Source: Macrostomum lignano (lineage: Eukaryota). From it: 64,000 bases of DNA. Position 1 is the first letter of the stretch, and every line of letters begins with the position of its first letter. Below are positions 23,432 to 36,779 of the stretch, piece by piece. The stretch lies in NCBI GenBank assembly GCA_002269645.1, contig NIVC01000948.1:1-64000 (forward strand), written 5' to 3'. Below the pieces are notes generated by a model. It saw only the letters and a program-made list of their open reading frames with translations, made no database searches and was not told the origin of the DNA. Both the position numbers and the translations under genes were made by a program.

Positions 23432-26400
23432 CTTCAGCCGCCTCAGAGACTTTGGGCGTCAACATCCGGGTGAACGTCACCCTGCCCAGCATCCAGCTGT
23501 CCTGCGACGTCACAAACGGAGGCGACGCCGTAGATGCGCACGAAGTCCAGTTCTACTGTCCGGCCGCCGCGCCCGAGGACGACTCGATTCGCAGCCAGAA
23601 ATGCTTCGGCGACTGCAACCCGATCTGCGTGATGCAGGCCGACGCCACCTGCAAGGTGATGCACCAGGAGCTTCTGCCGCCCAGAACGCAGTGCCGCAAG
23701 ATTCTGCCGCTAAATGGTGCCAAGACTGTTCAGCTTCTCGTTGACACGTCAGTCGAACGCTTGGCTGGCGAGTGGTACTGCAAGTTTCGCGGTCAGAGGA
23801 GCACCCCGGTATCGCTCAGCCATTACAAGATGCCACCGCCGCCGCCTCCGCCTCCGGTCACTGCTAAGGAGCCGACAACTACAGCCGTTGCGAAGACGGT
23901 GGAAATGATTACAACTACTGTTAGAGGTGAGTTCAGTTTGGTGCATTGCAAAGCAAGTTTGGGTTTTGCAGTGGGATTATATCAACCTCAGATATCAATC
24001 TGGTGCTTCGGGTATCAACCTTGCGCCTCAGATATCAATCTGGTGCCTCTGGTATAAATCTAGCGCCTTAGATATCAATCTGGCGCCTCGGGTAATAATC
24101 TGGCGCCTCAGGTATCAATCAGGCGCCTCAGATATCAATCTGGTACCTCAGATATCAATCTGGTGCCTCGGGTATCAATCTGGTGCCTCAGATATCAATC
24201 TGGCGCCTCAGATATCAATCTGGTGCCTCGGGTATCAATCTGGTGCCTCAGATATCAATCTGGCGCCTCAGATATCAATCTGGTGCCTCGGGTATCAATC
24301 TGGTGCCTCAGATATCAATCTGGCGCCTCAGATATCAATCTGGCGCCTCAGATATCAATCTGGTGCCTCAGATATCAATGTGGTGCCTCAGATATCAATC
24401 TGGCGCCTCGGGTATCAATCTTGCGCCTCAGATATCAATCTAGTGCCTTGGGTATCAATCTGACGCCTCAGATATCAATCTGGCGCCTCAGATATCAAAC
24501 TGGCGCCTCAGATATCAATCTCGCGCCTCAGATATCAATCTCGCGCCTCAGATATCAAACTGGCGCCTCAGATATCAAACTGATCGTCAGTAGATCAATC
24601 TGGCGCCTCAGACATCCATGCAGCGCCTCTGGTCTATCAAAAGTCCTCATTGACAGCTCAATGTCTATGAATCGTACGTGCGTTTGCTCATCGCCAAAAC
24701 TGCAAACTTTTTATTAAAGCAGTATTTTTCCAGTTTTTTTTCTGTCTGGGAGAAAAAAACGTCGCCCAAAAAGAAGATTCCTTACTGATTATTATTCATA
24801 TTTATGTCGTCTGGCTACCCATTGTTTAAGTCACGCCACCTAGAGAAGTCTGTCAATCACAGTGTTCCACCTGATTGTAAGGTTTATTATGATTAAAACT
24901 GAACCTTGTAAAGCAGTAAAAAGATCTTTAGCGGTAAAGCAAAGTCTAACTTCAAAAGAGTTGCCGCCAAGACAACAAGCAAGTTTAGAATGTCCCCAAC
25001 TGTTTGCACAGGTGTCCTACCGGATCGGCTGGGTAGCGCGTCTTATAACTAAACTTTTATGGCCCAGCAGTTTCTTTACTACGAGTACCTTCCATGATTC
25101 TATTTTTAGACTCTCATGGCTCACTTCTTTTAGCTCATCCTAGCTCATCCTAGTTTATTCTAGACCATCCTAGTTCATGCTAGTTCATCCTAGTTCATCC
25201 TAGTTCATTCTAGTTCATCCTAGTTCATTCTAGTTCATCCTAGTTCATCCTAGTTCATCCTAGTTCATTCTAGTTCATCCTAGTTCATCCTAGTTCATCC
25301 TAGTTCATCCTAGTTCATCCTAGTTCATCCTAGTTCATCCTAGTTCATCCTAGTTCATCCTAGTTCATTCTAGACCATCCTAGTTCATCCTAGTTCATTC
25401 TAGACCATCCTAGTTCATCCTAGTTCATCCTAGTTCATCCTAGTTCATCCTAGTTCATCCTAGACCATCCTAGTTCATCCTAGTTCATCCTAGTTCATCC
25501 TAGCTCATTCTAGTTCATTCTAGACCATCCTAGTTCATCCTAGTTCATCCTAGTTCATCCTAGTTCATCCTAGTTCATTCTAGACCATCCTAGTTCATCC
25601 TAGTTCATCCTAGTTCATCCTAGTTCACCCCAGTTCACCCCAGTTCATCCTAGTTCATTCTAGTTCATCCTAGTTCATCCTAGAATTCATCCTAGTTCAT
25701 TCTAGTTCATCCTAGTTCATCCTAGTTCATCCTAGTTCATCCTAGTTCATCCTAGTTCATCCTAGTTCATTCTAGTTCATTCTAAATCATCTTAGTTCAT
25801 CCTAGAATTCACACTAGTTCATTACTCCCAATTTATATGCCGGCCTGCACTTTTATCCTCAAATCCGTCGCAGCTGCCGCGGAATCGCACAGAGCAGACC
25901 GGAGATGCAGCACTCACTCAATTACCTGCGGGCAGATGGAAGTCAATATCTTAGTCGCAGTCCTCAGACTTGCATCATATACCGTACGTGGATAATGGCT
26001 AGCTTTAGTTTTTAAGTCTGTAAGCCTAACTAACTGAGCACTGCCTTAATCTGACGAGTTGATATAAAATATTAACAGTAAGTTAGCACTTGCAGTATTG
26101 GTCTTCGTACATACGCATAGAATTGTGTGCCTAGGCATCAGATATATAGCTAAGTACTTGGCCCAGACTCCTGGATGGGGAGAGGGTGCCTGGACAGAGA
26201 GCCCCAGCTGCAACTACAATGCTACGTCTGGCAGCGTAAAGGATTAGTCGGTTGTCAAGGCAACTTTTCTCGACTTTTTTCCTCTGCCTCTGGCCTCTCT
26301 TCTCTCTTTCTTCTCTCTGTCATCTCTCAATATGCAAGCCCAAAGCAGGTGAAGTTTGGTCAAGGTAGACGCTGCACTGCAGATCCCGGCCTCTCCTGCC

Positions 26401-29400
26401 CGCCGCACTTCCGCTTTCACTTTCATTCATTCTTTTCAGTTCTTTGCTGAACCCTCCACTCACTTCCTTCTGAGCGGCAAAAGCATATGCTAGTTTGTGA
26501 GCTCAGGGAACGCAGGACTTAGCGAACTGGTAGATATTAACAAGATGTTTACACTATTCTCTTAATTTAAACACCGGATACGCAATCTACCAGTCCGTAG
26601 GTCTGTTCCAGGAGTCCCTGAATGGGTTCCACTCCATGGATAGCATAAGGGTGAAGATAAAGCTTGAGACCTCCGCCTTAGATGACTCACTGCCCAGTGC
26701 TTACCAATTTTTGAAACCTTACTGTTTTAGTAAACTACTTACAATTTTCATGGAACAGTAGTGTCCATGAGTTTTTTTTAACTCGATACGCACTTTGCCA
26801 GTTTACTGAAAGGTTAGACAGCCAATTTAGTGCCAACAGACGAAACACCTCCATCTGTGCAATGTCCATCTAATTTTAAGTCAGTCCTTGTGCCTCCACT
26901 ACTGCTCAAGAACCACCCTCAAAGCATTGTCCAACGTCCTGCATTTGCCCATTCCCTTTTTCAACTGGGTAGCAACCATAATTCTTTAGCCTATTGAGAC
27001 TCTGTCCACTCTCTCCTTTCCAGTTTCTGTTGCACTTCTCCCCGCTCAATCTGTCTTACCCTCCTCTCTTTCACTCTCCCAAGTTGGCCTGCAGCCGAAC
27101 TTCTTGCTTGGGCACTAATTTTCCTCAGCGGGGGTTGGAGACTGGGAAGCAGATGATGCTTTGAGGGTCATTAGCGATGTGTGTAATAACCTTGCCCCAG
27201 GTGCGGGCCAAGCATACCCAGCCTTGCGTACCCTCTGGATGTTTCTTAGAATTCTGAAGTACTCTTGCGCCCGCTTCAGCCGGCGAACCGTTCGATTAAA
27301 AAAACAAACTTATCCATCAAGTTTTGGTCTGAGACAGTGTTTAGATTGCCACCTGATTCGCTTCCCTAAGCCCTTCGCTAATGAGGAATTCGAGGATCTG
27401 CCTAGCAAGCCAAGGGGATATAAGACAGCCAGTCTGTCCCTATAGCCAGGTAAAAAAGGTTGTTTCATCCGTCCGTCCGCAACCAGAACGCTTCTGGTTG
27501 TTGCATCTGTCTGCAGTTTGTCTTTCATTCTGGGTAAGCTGTGGTACCCACATTCTGGGTAAGCTGTGGTACCCACATTCTGGGTAAGCTGTGGTACCCA
27601 CATTCTGGGTAAGCTGTGGTACCCACATTCTGGGTAAGCTGTGGTACCCACATTCTGGGTAATCTGTGGTACCCACATTCTGGGTAAGCTGTGGTACCCA
27701 CATCCTTGGTAAGCTGTGGTACTTATTCTCAATTTTTAAATTATCAACAACGAAAATGATTTTTTAACGTATCTGCATCACATAGAATACTCGTATCTTA
27801 TAATTGTCTATAATAAGTAGTATTCATACTGATAACTAATCAGCCACCTTGATATTCCAACATTTTAAGCTGACGACACGACGTCCGTGGGCGGCTCCAC
27901 CTCTGAGAAGCAGCTGGAAAGTCCGGGTGGCCCGGCCGGCCCCATGCAGCAGCCGGACGGCACTCGGGAAGTGGATCCCAACTGTGAGCGGCTTTCAGTT
28001 GCTGGGTGGTTTTGCATTTGTCGTACTAGTACATGGTTTCAATATGCTTAGCATACACAGCTACCTGTACAAACTGTTTCAATTAGAGCAGGATTTAGAT
28101 AAATTACTGGTTTAAACAAACTATTAATTGATTTAAACAGACTACAAATAAAAAAATCTATATCGATTTAAACAAATTAACAAATAATTGGTTTAAATGA
28201 ACCATTGATTTAAGCAAACTATTGATTTAAACAAATTATTGATTCCGACAAATTTTTAATTGAAATAAAGTAACTTATACAAGTAATTTATACAAATTAA
28301 TGATTTAAAACTAAAGAAACTACTTATTGAAAAGCTATCGATTTAAACCTACAAACAAATTAACAAATTTTTGCTTGAAATAAACTAATTATTTAAACAA
28401 ACTAATGATTTCAACAAATTACTAATTGAAATAAACTAATAATTTAAACAAACTAATGATTTAAACAAATTATTAATTTTTATAAGCTATTGAATAAAAT
28501 AAATTATTTATTTTAAAAAGCTATTGCTTTGAACAAATGATTTATTTAAACAATTGACTGATTCAAACAAACTACTGATTGAAAGAAACATTATTAGTAT
28601 CATTATTAATATTAAACGCTTGTACATAATATCATTAATAAAATATATACTCTCGATTAAATTAAACAATTTGTTTAAACAAACTATCGCTAGTTAAATA
28701 ACAGTACATATTTTAAACAAAATTTAGACCTTGACCTAATTCTGATCCTAACCCTAACCTACTACTAGAATCATATTTTGCTGAGTTCAATCTCAACCGT
28801 TGAATTTTTTGCACCAATCTAAACTCATATTTCAGGGGGGCCGTAGCCCAGCGGTAGCGCAGCTACTCTGGTGTGCCAGCGACCCAGGCTCGATTCCAAG
28901 TGCAGTCACATTAATTTGGGGCTGAATTGGAATCTCGGCTTGGCTCTGCTCGTGCAATTAACGGCCTTGAGAGCCAACCCCCCAAGGCGCAGTGAAGTGT
29001 ACATGCCTAACGATAATATAAAGTTAGGGCCGCTGTACACTCCTGTGTGAGTGTGTGCCTGCGTACGTATCCGCGCGCTTGTGTGCCTGCTCAGGGGAGT
29101 CGGCGGAATGGGCAGTAATGCCTCTCGCCGGTTGTGTGCCTATGTCGCTTAAAGTGCTGCACACAACCCCCTGCCTCTAATAAAAAAAAATAAACTCATA
29201 TTTCCTCTTGAATGGCTTCCCTTCTTGTTCTACCAAAAAGCAACACGATCAGGGGTCGGGGGAGGACAGCGCGAACACGGGAAGCTCGATCTCATTTCCT
29301 AAACAACAGCGAGAGAGGAAGAGACCAGAGCTAGGTGGGGGAAAAACGTTAACTACATAAAACTCCCTGTTACTCATTGAAGCTCCCAGCCAGAGCGTCA

Positions 29401-32400
29401 CGCGAAGGAAGCCGCATCATTGCACAGAAATCCCCGCCCCGATTTCCCTCGCCCCAAAGCGCCCTCCGTCCTTGTACGCTTCGGTGAGTTCGTAAATAAT
29501 GGGCGCATTATGTTCCCCAGATTGAGGATTTATTGCCCTCAGTTGGGGTAGGCGAAACGGGCAGATTATATTGCGATTCGCTCCTTCCGCCAATTTGCTC
29601 ACTGATGAGGATCCTTCTGGGATCTCAGTCGACTGTGTTTCCCGTTTAACTCCCATTCACTGACTGAGCAATGGGATGTCTCTATCTCTCTCTGGCGTCC
29701 CTGTTACTCCCTTTCTGACCCCCTGTGACTCCCTTTCTGACCCCTGTGATTCCCTTTCTGACCCCTGTGACTCCCTATCTGACCCCCTGTTACTCCCTTT
29801 CTGACCCCTGTGACTTCCTATCTGACCCCTTGTGACTCCCTTTCTGACCCCCTGTGACTCTATCTGACCCTTGTGACTCCCTTTCTGACCCCCTGTGACT
29901 CCCTTTCCGACCTCTTTGACTCCCTCTCTGACCCCCTTTGACTCCCTCTCTGACCCCTGTGACTTCCTCTCTACCTTTCGCCTCTTTCAGTGCTGCAGTT
30001 CGCGCGGTCAGACTATGTGATCGGAATTCTGACTCTGCTCGCACTGTCACTGCTGATCAACATGGCCTTCTGCATTCGCTGCTTCCTGGCAAATTACTAT
30101 GTTGGTGAGTGCGCGGGCTGAACTGCGCCTTGTTGTTGCACTGTGATTAAGAAATTTCATCAGAACATACCGGTTGTCAAAATGGAGCTTAACAACAAAT
30201 TCCCGAGTTTACTATTCAAATTACAATAGCAATGTCAATATGCTGCGCAATTCACGACTCTGTTCTTGAACTCCAATACCCCGTTACACCTGCTCCTAAA
30301 TGTTAAAGCAAGCTTTTATGACGCCTCTTCATCAGACTAATAATATTAGTGCATTTATGACTATCCCCTAGACAAGCTCCAATCCTGTGTGTTGCGCATT
30401 CTCTAATCGATAAATAGCCTTTTATGGCACGACAAGAGAGACATAAGCGGCTCCGTAACTTGATTAGGTCTAGGCTGGGTCAAGCTTCATTCTTTCAATA
30501 AATTTAGACTTTATACAGCCCAATCAAGTATGGAATAAATATTTACAAGCCTAATACTAGCTAGCTAATTTTTTTGAGCTGCATAAAATAGTTGAGCGTG
30601 AGTTCGTTCTTCTCTACTAACAGTGATAAATAGTGATTTTAATACAGAAATTACTGTGTACGATGTTTAATTTCTATATTATTTTAGGAGTTGAGCCCGA
30701 AAACGCGAGTTTCTTTGAAGTGACGGAGCCATAAAAAAGAATTCCAGCCAATGAGAGACCAGAAAAGGGACAGGAGTTTATGGAGTAGCGTAGAAGCCCC
30801 TCAGCCAATGAGAGATCAGAAAAGGGACAGGAGTTTATAGAGTAGCGTAGAAGCCCCCCAGCCAATGAGAGACCAGAAAAGGGACAGGAGTTTATGGAGT
30901 AGCGTAGAAGCCCCCCAGCCAATGAGAGATCAGAAAAGGGACAGGAGTTTCGGCGTGCGGTAGAAGCCCCGCCAATGAGATTTAGCAAACAGCTAAGTAG
31001 AAAGTAAGCTCAAAGATAGAAGTAGAAAGGATAGTATTCTGTTTTGGTGGCAGATGACACTTTACCCTCAGCTAATCAATATGATCTTCGACCCATCACA
31101 GCGATGCGGCGCCGAAAACGGGAGCCTCCCGGTTGCCTGGCGCAGTGCCTCTGCATCACAACCGTCCAGGTGGATGAGAAGGCGTCCTCGGGCCAGGACA
31201 ATGACAATACGTACGAGGAGCTGCGCGCTCTGGGCCGGTCGGTCACGACAACAACGGGCGCTGGCAGCCTGATGACTCGGAGTGCTCAGCGGGCTTCTGT
31301 TGGCACGATGGAGAGCACGTATATGGAGCACGCCAGCTGCATTCCACGGTTGGTTGCTGGGATAAATTTAAGTTCCGCATCGTGTATAAACTTTAGTTAT
31401 GTTAGTTAGCATCGTAAATGGACTCTATTCACCCTTTCAGGTTAAGTTAGATCGCATCATCAATAGTTAAAATATTAAAAAATATGCATTCCAGCCATCC
31501 GAATCCAATCCGATAAGATCCCCACCCATCAGAATCCCCATTCCCCACGATCAGAATCCCCATTCCCCCACCCATCAGAGTCCCCATTCCCCACCCATCA
31601 GAATCCCCATTCCCCATCAATCAGAATCCCCATTCTCCACCCATCAGAATCCCCATTCCCCACCCATCAGAATCCCCATTCCCCACCCATCAGAATCCCC
31701 ATTCTCCACCCATCTGAATCCCCATTCCCCATCAATCAGAATCCCCATTCTCCACCCATCAGAATCCCCATTCCCCACCCATCAGAATCCCCATTCCCCA
31801 CCATCAGAATCCCCATTCCCCACCCATCAGAATCCCCATTCCCCACCATCAGAATCCCCATTCCCCACCCATCAGAATCTGTGAAAAGCTGGAATTACGC
31901 CAGAAAATCACCAAAACCTAGTCGGAAGCATCACGCGTCAGCTACTAACAGTAGCGAGTCGCAAAATCACGGAATATTTTGCAACCTTCAGGCCCTCAAT
32001 TCTCACTCACTGGACTCTCGCAGGTCGCGCACTCTGCCGCCGGTCAATAGCCAGCACTGCAGCCTCAGCTACCTTCAGGGCGTCTCAGACTCGATGTCGC
32101 GACTGCTGTACGACAGCGTCCCGCTGCAGGACTCGCGCCCAGCCTCTCGGCAGGGTTCGCTGCGTCACGCGGTCTCCGGCGGCGGATCTTCGCTTCGCCG
32201 ATCTCAGCTGCTGGCGTCAGTTCCCTCCGTGCCTGAGGAGTCGGTGCCCTTCATGTCGGCGGCGGCAGCGGCGCCGGGTCGTCCAGCAATGTCGATGATG
32301 TCGGACGCTGACCAGGAAACCGAGGATGCCGAAGTGGATTCCGAAGCGGACGAGAGCCGGCTGGAGCTGAGCAGGCAGATGTTGCACCGGGCTGACACGC

Positions 32401-32861
32401 TGCTGCGAGAAGCGAACTCGCTGCTGAGAGAGACTACTCACCAGCCGCAGCAGCAGCCGCAGCAGCAGCAGCAGCAACAGCAATACGTCTCGTATCAGCA
32501 GATTCAACAGCAGAGGCAGATGCAACAACGTCAAGCACAACAACAGTACCTGCTTATGCAGCAGCAGCAGCAGTACCAGCAGCAGTACCAGCAGCAGCAA
32601 CAGCAGCAACAGCACCAGCAGCAGCACCAGCAACAGCACCAGCAACAACAACACCAGCAGCAACAGCAGCAGCACCAGCAGCACCAGCAGCAACAACAGC
32701 AGCACCAACAGCACCAGCAGCAGCAACAGCAGCAACCGAAAAAACTACTAGAGAATTCAGATCCCGAAGAGGATACAGTACAGGATGGTTTGAGCAATCA
32801 GTCATCGCCAACCGATACCATTTCAGCTGTTGAAGATTCGTTGGCTAATGATCAGCAATGA
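23432..32861 (+). CDS. Single-pass Ig-like receptor; exons about 23432-23926, 27870-27983, 29991-30104, 31054-31348, 32024-32861; 5' end unresolved
   Basis: Phase-consistent GT-AG chain (1,1,1,2); LSC..GEWYC Ig-like cysteine pair, Pro/Thr stalk, TM YVIGILTLLALSLLINMAFCI, cytoplasmic Tyr motifs and polyQ; first acceptor could be 23432, 23438 or 23447. Confidence 0.7.
23985..24615. repeat. 20-bp intronic tandem array (GATATCAATCTGGYGCCTCA)n
   Basis: Direct reading; starts just after donor 23927. Confidence 0.95.
25128..25818. repeat. 10-bp tandem array (TAGTTCATCC)n
   Basis: Direct reading. Confidence 0.96.
27526..27722. repeat. 25-bp tandem array (TGGGTAAGCTGTGGTACCCACATTC)n, about 8 copies
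   Basis: 25-bp spacing checked (27541, 27566, 27591). Confidence 0.95.
28085..28690. repeat. Degenerate AT-rich repeat (TTTAAACAAA..ATTGA) region
   Basis: Recurrent TTAAACAAA motif, irregular spacing. Confidence 0.7.
28834..29190 (+). mobile_element. tRNA-derived SINE with 14-bp TSD and poly(A) tail
   Basis: A-box TAGCCCAGCGG, B-box GGCTCGATTCC, tail AATAAAAAAAAA; TSD TAAACTCATATTTC at 28820-28833 and 29191-29204. Confidence 0.88.
29695..29965. repeat. About 22-bp intronic repeat (TGACTCCCTTTCTGACCCCCTG)n abutting acceptor 29990
   Basis: Direct reading. Confidence 0.9.
30745..30980 (+). repeat. 57-bp repeat, about 4 copies, each with CAGCCAATGAG
   Basis: Copies at 30745, 30802, 30859, 30916. 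Confidence 0.93.
31525..31878. repeat. About 24-bp intronic repeat (CATCAGAATCCCCATTCCCCACC)n
   Basis: Direct reading; inside intron 31349-32023. Confidence 0.93.
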
Positions 32862-32979
32862 GCCAGTTCCCTGGTACAATATTTATGACTATACATTGTA
32901 TATGATCGATGCCACCAACGGTGACTTCTGGAATGTGGAGATGCCTACATTTCTCACAAATCTGCAGTCTGAATGCTCA

Positions 32980-34556
32980 CTCTCACTCTGAATACCCCTT
33001 ATCTCACTCTGAATACCCCTTATCTCACTCTGAATCCCCCTTATCTTTACTCTGAATACCCCTTATCTCACTCTGAATCCCCCTTATCTCACTCTGAATC
33101 CCCCTTATCTTTACTCTGAATACCCATTATCTCACTCTGAATACCCCTTATCTCACTCTGAATATCCCTTATCTCACTCTGAATTCCCTTATCTCACTCT
33201 GAATACTCCCTTATCTCACTCTGAATGCCCCTTATCTCACTCTGAATACTCCCTTATTTCACTCTGAATGCCCCTTATCTCACTCTGAATACTCCCTTAT
33301 CTCACTCTGAATACCCCTTATCTCACTCTGAATACCCCATTATCTCACTCTGAATATCCCTTATCTCACTCTGAATACTCCCTTATCTCACTCTGAATAC
33401 TCCCTTATCTCACTCTGAATACTCCCTAATCTCACTCTGAATACCCCATTATCTCACTCTGAATACTCCCTTATCTCACTCTGAATATCCCTTATCTCAC
33501 ACTGAATACTCCCTTATCTCACTCTGAATACCCCATTATCTCACTCTGAATATCCCTTATCTCACTCTGAATACCCCATTATCTCACTCTGAATATCCCT
33601 TATCTCACTCTGAATACCCCATTATCTCACTCTGAATATCCCTTATCTCACACTGAATACCCCATTATCTCACTCTGAATGCCCCTTATCTCACTCTGAA
33701 TACTCCCTTATCTCACTCTGAATACCCCTTATCTCACTCTGAATACCCCTTATCTCACTCTGAATACCCCTTATCTCACTCTGAATACCCCATTATCTCA
33801 CTCTGAATATCCCTTATCTCACTCTGAATATCCCTTATCTCACTCTGAATATCCCTTATCTCACACTGAATTCCCTTATCTCACTCTGAATACCCCTTAT
33901 CTCACTCTGAATACCCCTTATCTCACACTGAATACTCCCTTATCTCACTCTGAATACCCCTTATCTCACTCTGAATACCCCTTATCTCACTCTGAATACC
34001 CCTTATCTCACTCTGAATATCCCTTATCTCACTCTGAATATCCCTTATCTCACACTGAATTCCCTTATCTCACTCTGAATATCCCTTATCTCACTCTGAA
34101 TTCCCTTATCTCACTCTGAATACCCCTTATCTCACTCTGAATTCCCTTATCTCACTCTGAATATCCCTTATCTCACACTGAATATCCCTTATCTCCCTCT
34201 GAATATCCCTTATCTCCCTCTGAATATCCCTTATCTCCCTCTGAATATCCCTTATCTCACTCTGAATACTCCCTTATCTCCCTCTGAATATCCCTTATCT
34301 CACTCTGAATACTCCCTTATCTCACTCTGAATATCCCTTATCTCACTCTGAATACTCCCTTATCTCACTCTGAATATCCCTTATCTCACTCTGAATACTC
34401 CCTTATCTCACTCTGAATATCCCTTATCTCACTCTGAATACCCCTTATCTCACTCTGAATACCCCTTATCTCACTCTGAATATCCCTTATCTCACACTGA
34501 ATATCCCTTATCTCACTCTGAATATCCCTTATCTCACTCTGAATTCCCTTATCTCA
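32980..34556. repeat. 21-22 bp tandem array (TTATCTCACTCTGAATAYCCC)n, about 1.6 kb
   Basis: Direct reading; starts about 120 nt after stop 32861. Confidence 0.96.
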
Positions 34557-36779
34557 AGCTTTAACTACTAGCTTGCGTTCATTACTTTAATCGTGACTTG
34601 TTGTGTCTTTACGAAGAGTTAATTGATAAAGATTGACTAAAAGTACTCATTAGTAGCAATTCACTGCACTACAAAGATTTTCTAACGTATCTAATTAGTA
34701 TCTGCTTGCTAGCAATTAGAATCACATTACCTCAGTAGAGAGTATACTAGTACTTTCCTGCTCACAATGCAATCCTATGATTGACATTCAGTTAGTTCGA
34801 ACACCTCAGCTTTTACACTAAATTTAATTAATTTAATGCTTAGTACAGTAATTCTGTCCCCTATGCTTTTATAACCTTTCTTGGACACTTTGTTTTAAAA
34901 ATACCTTTGACATGGAGGATTAAATGCTCTGAAAGTATAAGTAGTGCATTAAACTGGCAGCTTGTAAAAGTAGTACATAGTGCAAATATATATTGTTTTC
35001 CCATCTTGATCAATTACTCATTTGACGATATGTATCGAAGAAAAACTTTGTAAGGCATCAATTCACCCTACGGTAAGTTTTTTTTAAGACAATGAGAGTC
35101 TGGCTGCGACCACAGATACTGGAATAGCCTCGTACTTGGCAAAACAGCCTTCTACTTTCAGTTCAGTAGCAAAGAAGAATACATAAGCTATTTTATAAGA
35201 ATAAAGGCAGTTGAAATGACTTTGATAAGTTCAGAAGCCCAAGCTTGCAGACGTAAACAGCTTGCTAATTGGTTTAGCCATAATGTACATTAGCCACTGA
35301 ATGTACAAGGAAGATTCAAGCTGGAACAACTGGGGAAAGTAATAAAAATTGGGTGGCGGGCAGGGGTAGAGGTTTTGTGTGGATTTTGAGCGTTTAAGCT
35401 TCGGGGGAGGGTAAGAGCCAATAAATAAGCCTTGTCTTTAAAAATACATTGAAATGCTTCAGTTAACTTACTACTGAACTAAAAGTAGCTTACACGCTAA
35501 TTTGCTGAGTTGCCCATCTAGTTCTTCTAGTATCTGTGGCTGTGGCCTGTGACCAGCGCTGCAAGCTTAGCTAGAGATTAGGCCGCTGGTGTCACCCCTC
35601 CAGACTTGGCCATAGACTATCGCCCAGGGACTTGAAGCCCTGTACCAGCTGTACACAGCCCTTGGATGCGCTGTACAATTACAGCAGCGGCTGTGCTGTT
35701 AAGCTGTCACACCTGACCAACCTTGCAGAGGGGGTTAAGAAGGCGTATTTCCATATATTATCCATTCGGCAGGCAGATAGATTCGCATGATTAGACAGGG
35801 GTTGACGCAAGCCCAATTAAACCGCGCACCGACTCTGGACCTGTAAGTTTAGACAACAGAAAACACACACACACGGTAGCTCTGGGAAGATAGAGGTAGG
35901 CAAAGATGAAGCATCTATGTTTAGGACATGGCCAGCCGCTGAAGGGCGGGGTGTGTTTGCCATTTCGACGCCAAGAAGTTGAAAGAAGACAGAAGGGGTC
36001 AGCCTCAGAATCAACCCGGCTAGGGAGGTCGCTTTGCAAACTTGGAAATCTTGCGGTGCAGAAGCACGAGAGTTTTACATAACATGCATGTAGACAGCTG
36101 AAGTAGAAGGATGCCGTAGGAACCTGTTAGAAAAGAGGCCGCACCAAATGAACTTCAATGTGATAAACTTTGTAATCATTTGTTTTAAAGCCACTCCCTC
36201 CAAAAAAAGACACTGGGGCCCGCAAAAGAGATCGGGGGACCGACTGACGATAGATAGCAGATCTCTATAGGCGGTCACGCACTTCTACAGGTCGGGCCGT
36301 ACTCTTTGCTGTGCAGTACGAGCTACCACCTGTGTCCCCCCGAGTGCTAAATACGTTTCTACAATAGGAGTCAGGATCCAGCTATTTACAATTCTAGTTA
36401 AGCTTTTGCGCTGTTTCCCGGAAATATATCGCCCAATTTAGTAAAGGAAATTCCTGCCCTCTCATTCCTAAGCCCAGCGCAACTCTCACTGCTCTCCCTG
36501 CTTAAGCCGTATTTACAGCTTTATAGATCTATGAATAATCCATTGATTTCTGCTGCCCCAAGAGCTGCAAGGCGGCAACGAGCTGCTAGCGAGCTGTAAA
36601 ACTGAGCACAGACCTGAGAGAGACGGACTGTGCTGGTCGGCTTTTTATGAGCGCTGTTGCTTCTTGGCTTTTCGATTCTGTTTGACAGTTTCGCACTTAC
36701 TTGAGGGGCGGCTCTGGCTGCCCGTGAATTGGCGCCACGATCTCTATTGATTGAGCTGCCTGTCCGTCTGACTGACTGC

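Noticed and set aside
25874-26230. Extra exons for the Ig-like gene (25874-25983, 26167 onward)
   Set aside because: Phases fit only with weak donors, and the gene joins in frame without them
26760-27300. Protein-like minus-strand frames with several stops
   Set aside because: No TE or host domain recognised; cannot be supported without a database search
28718-28765. Telomere-like CCTAAC/CCCTAA repeats
   Set aside because: Only two or three imperfect units; not an interstitial telomeric array
28834-28910. tRNA gene
   Set aside because: Has A/B boxes but no full cloverleaf; continues into a body and poly(A) with TSD, so a SINE head
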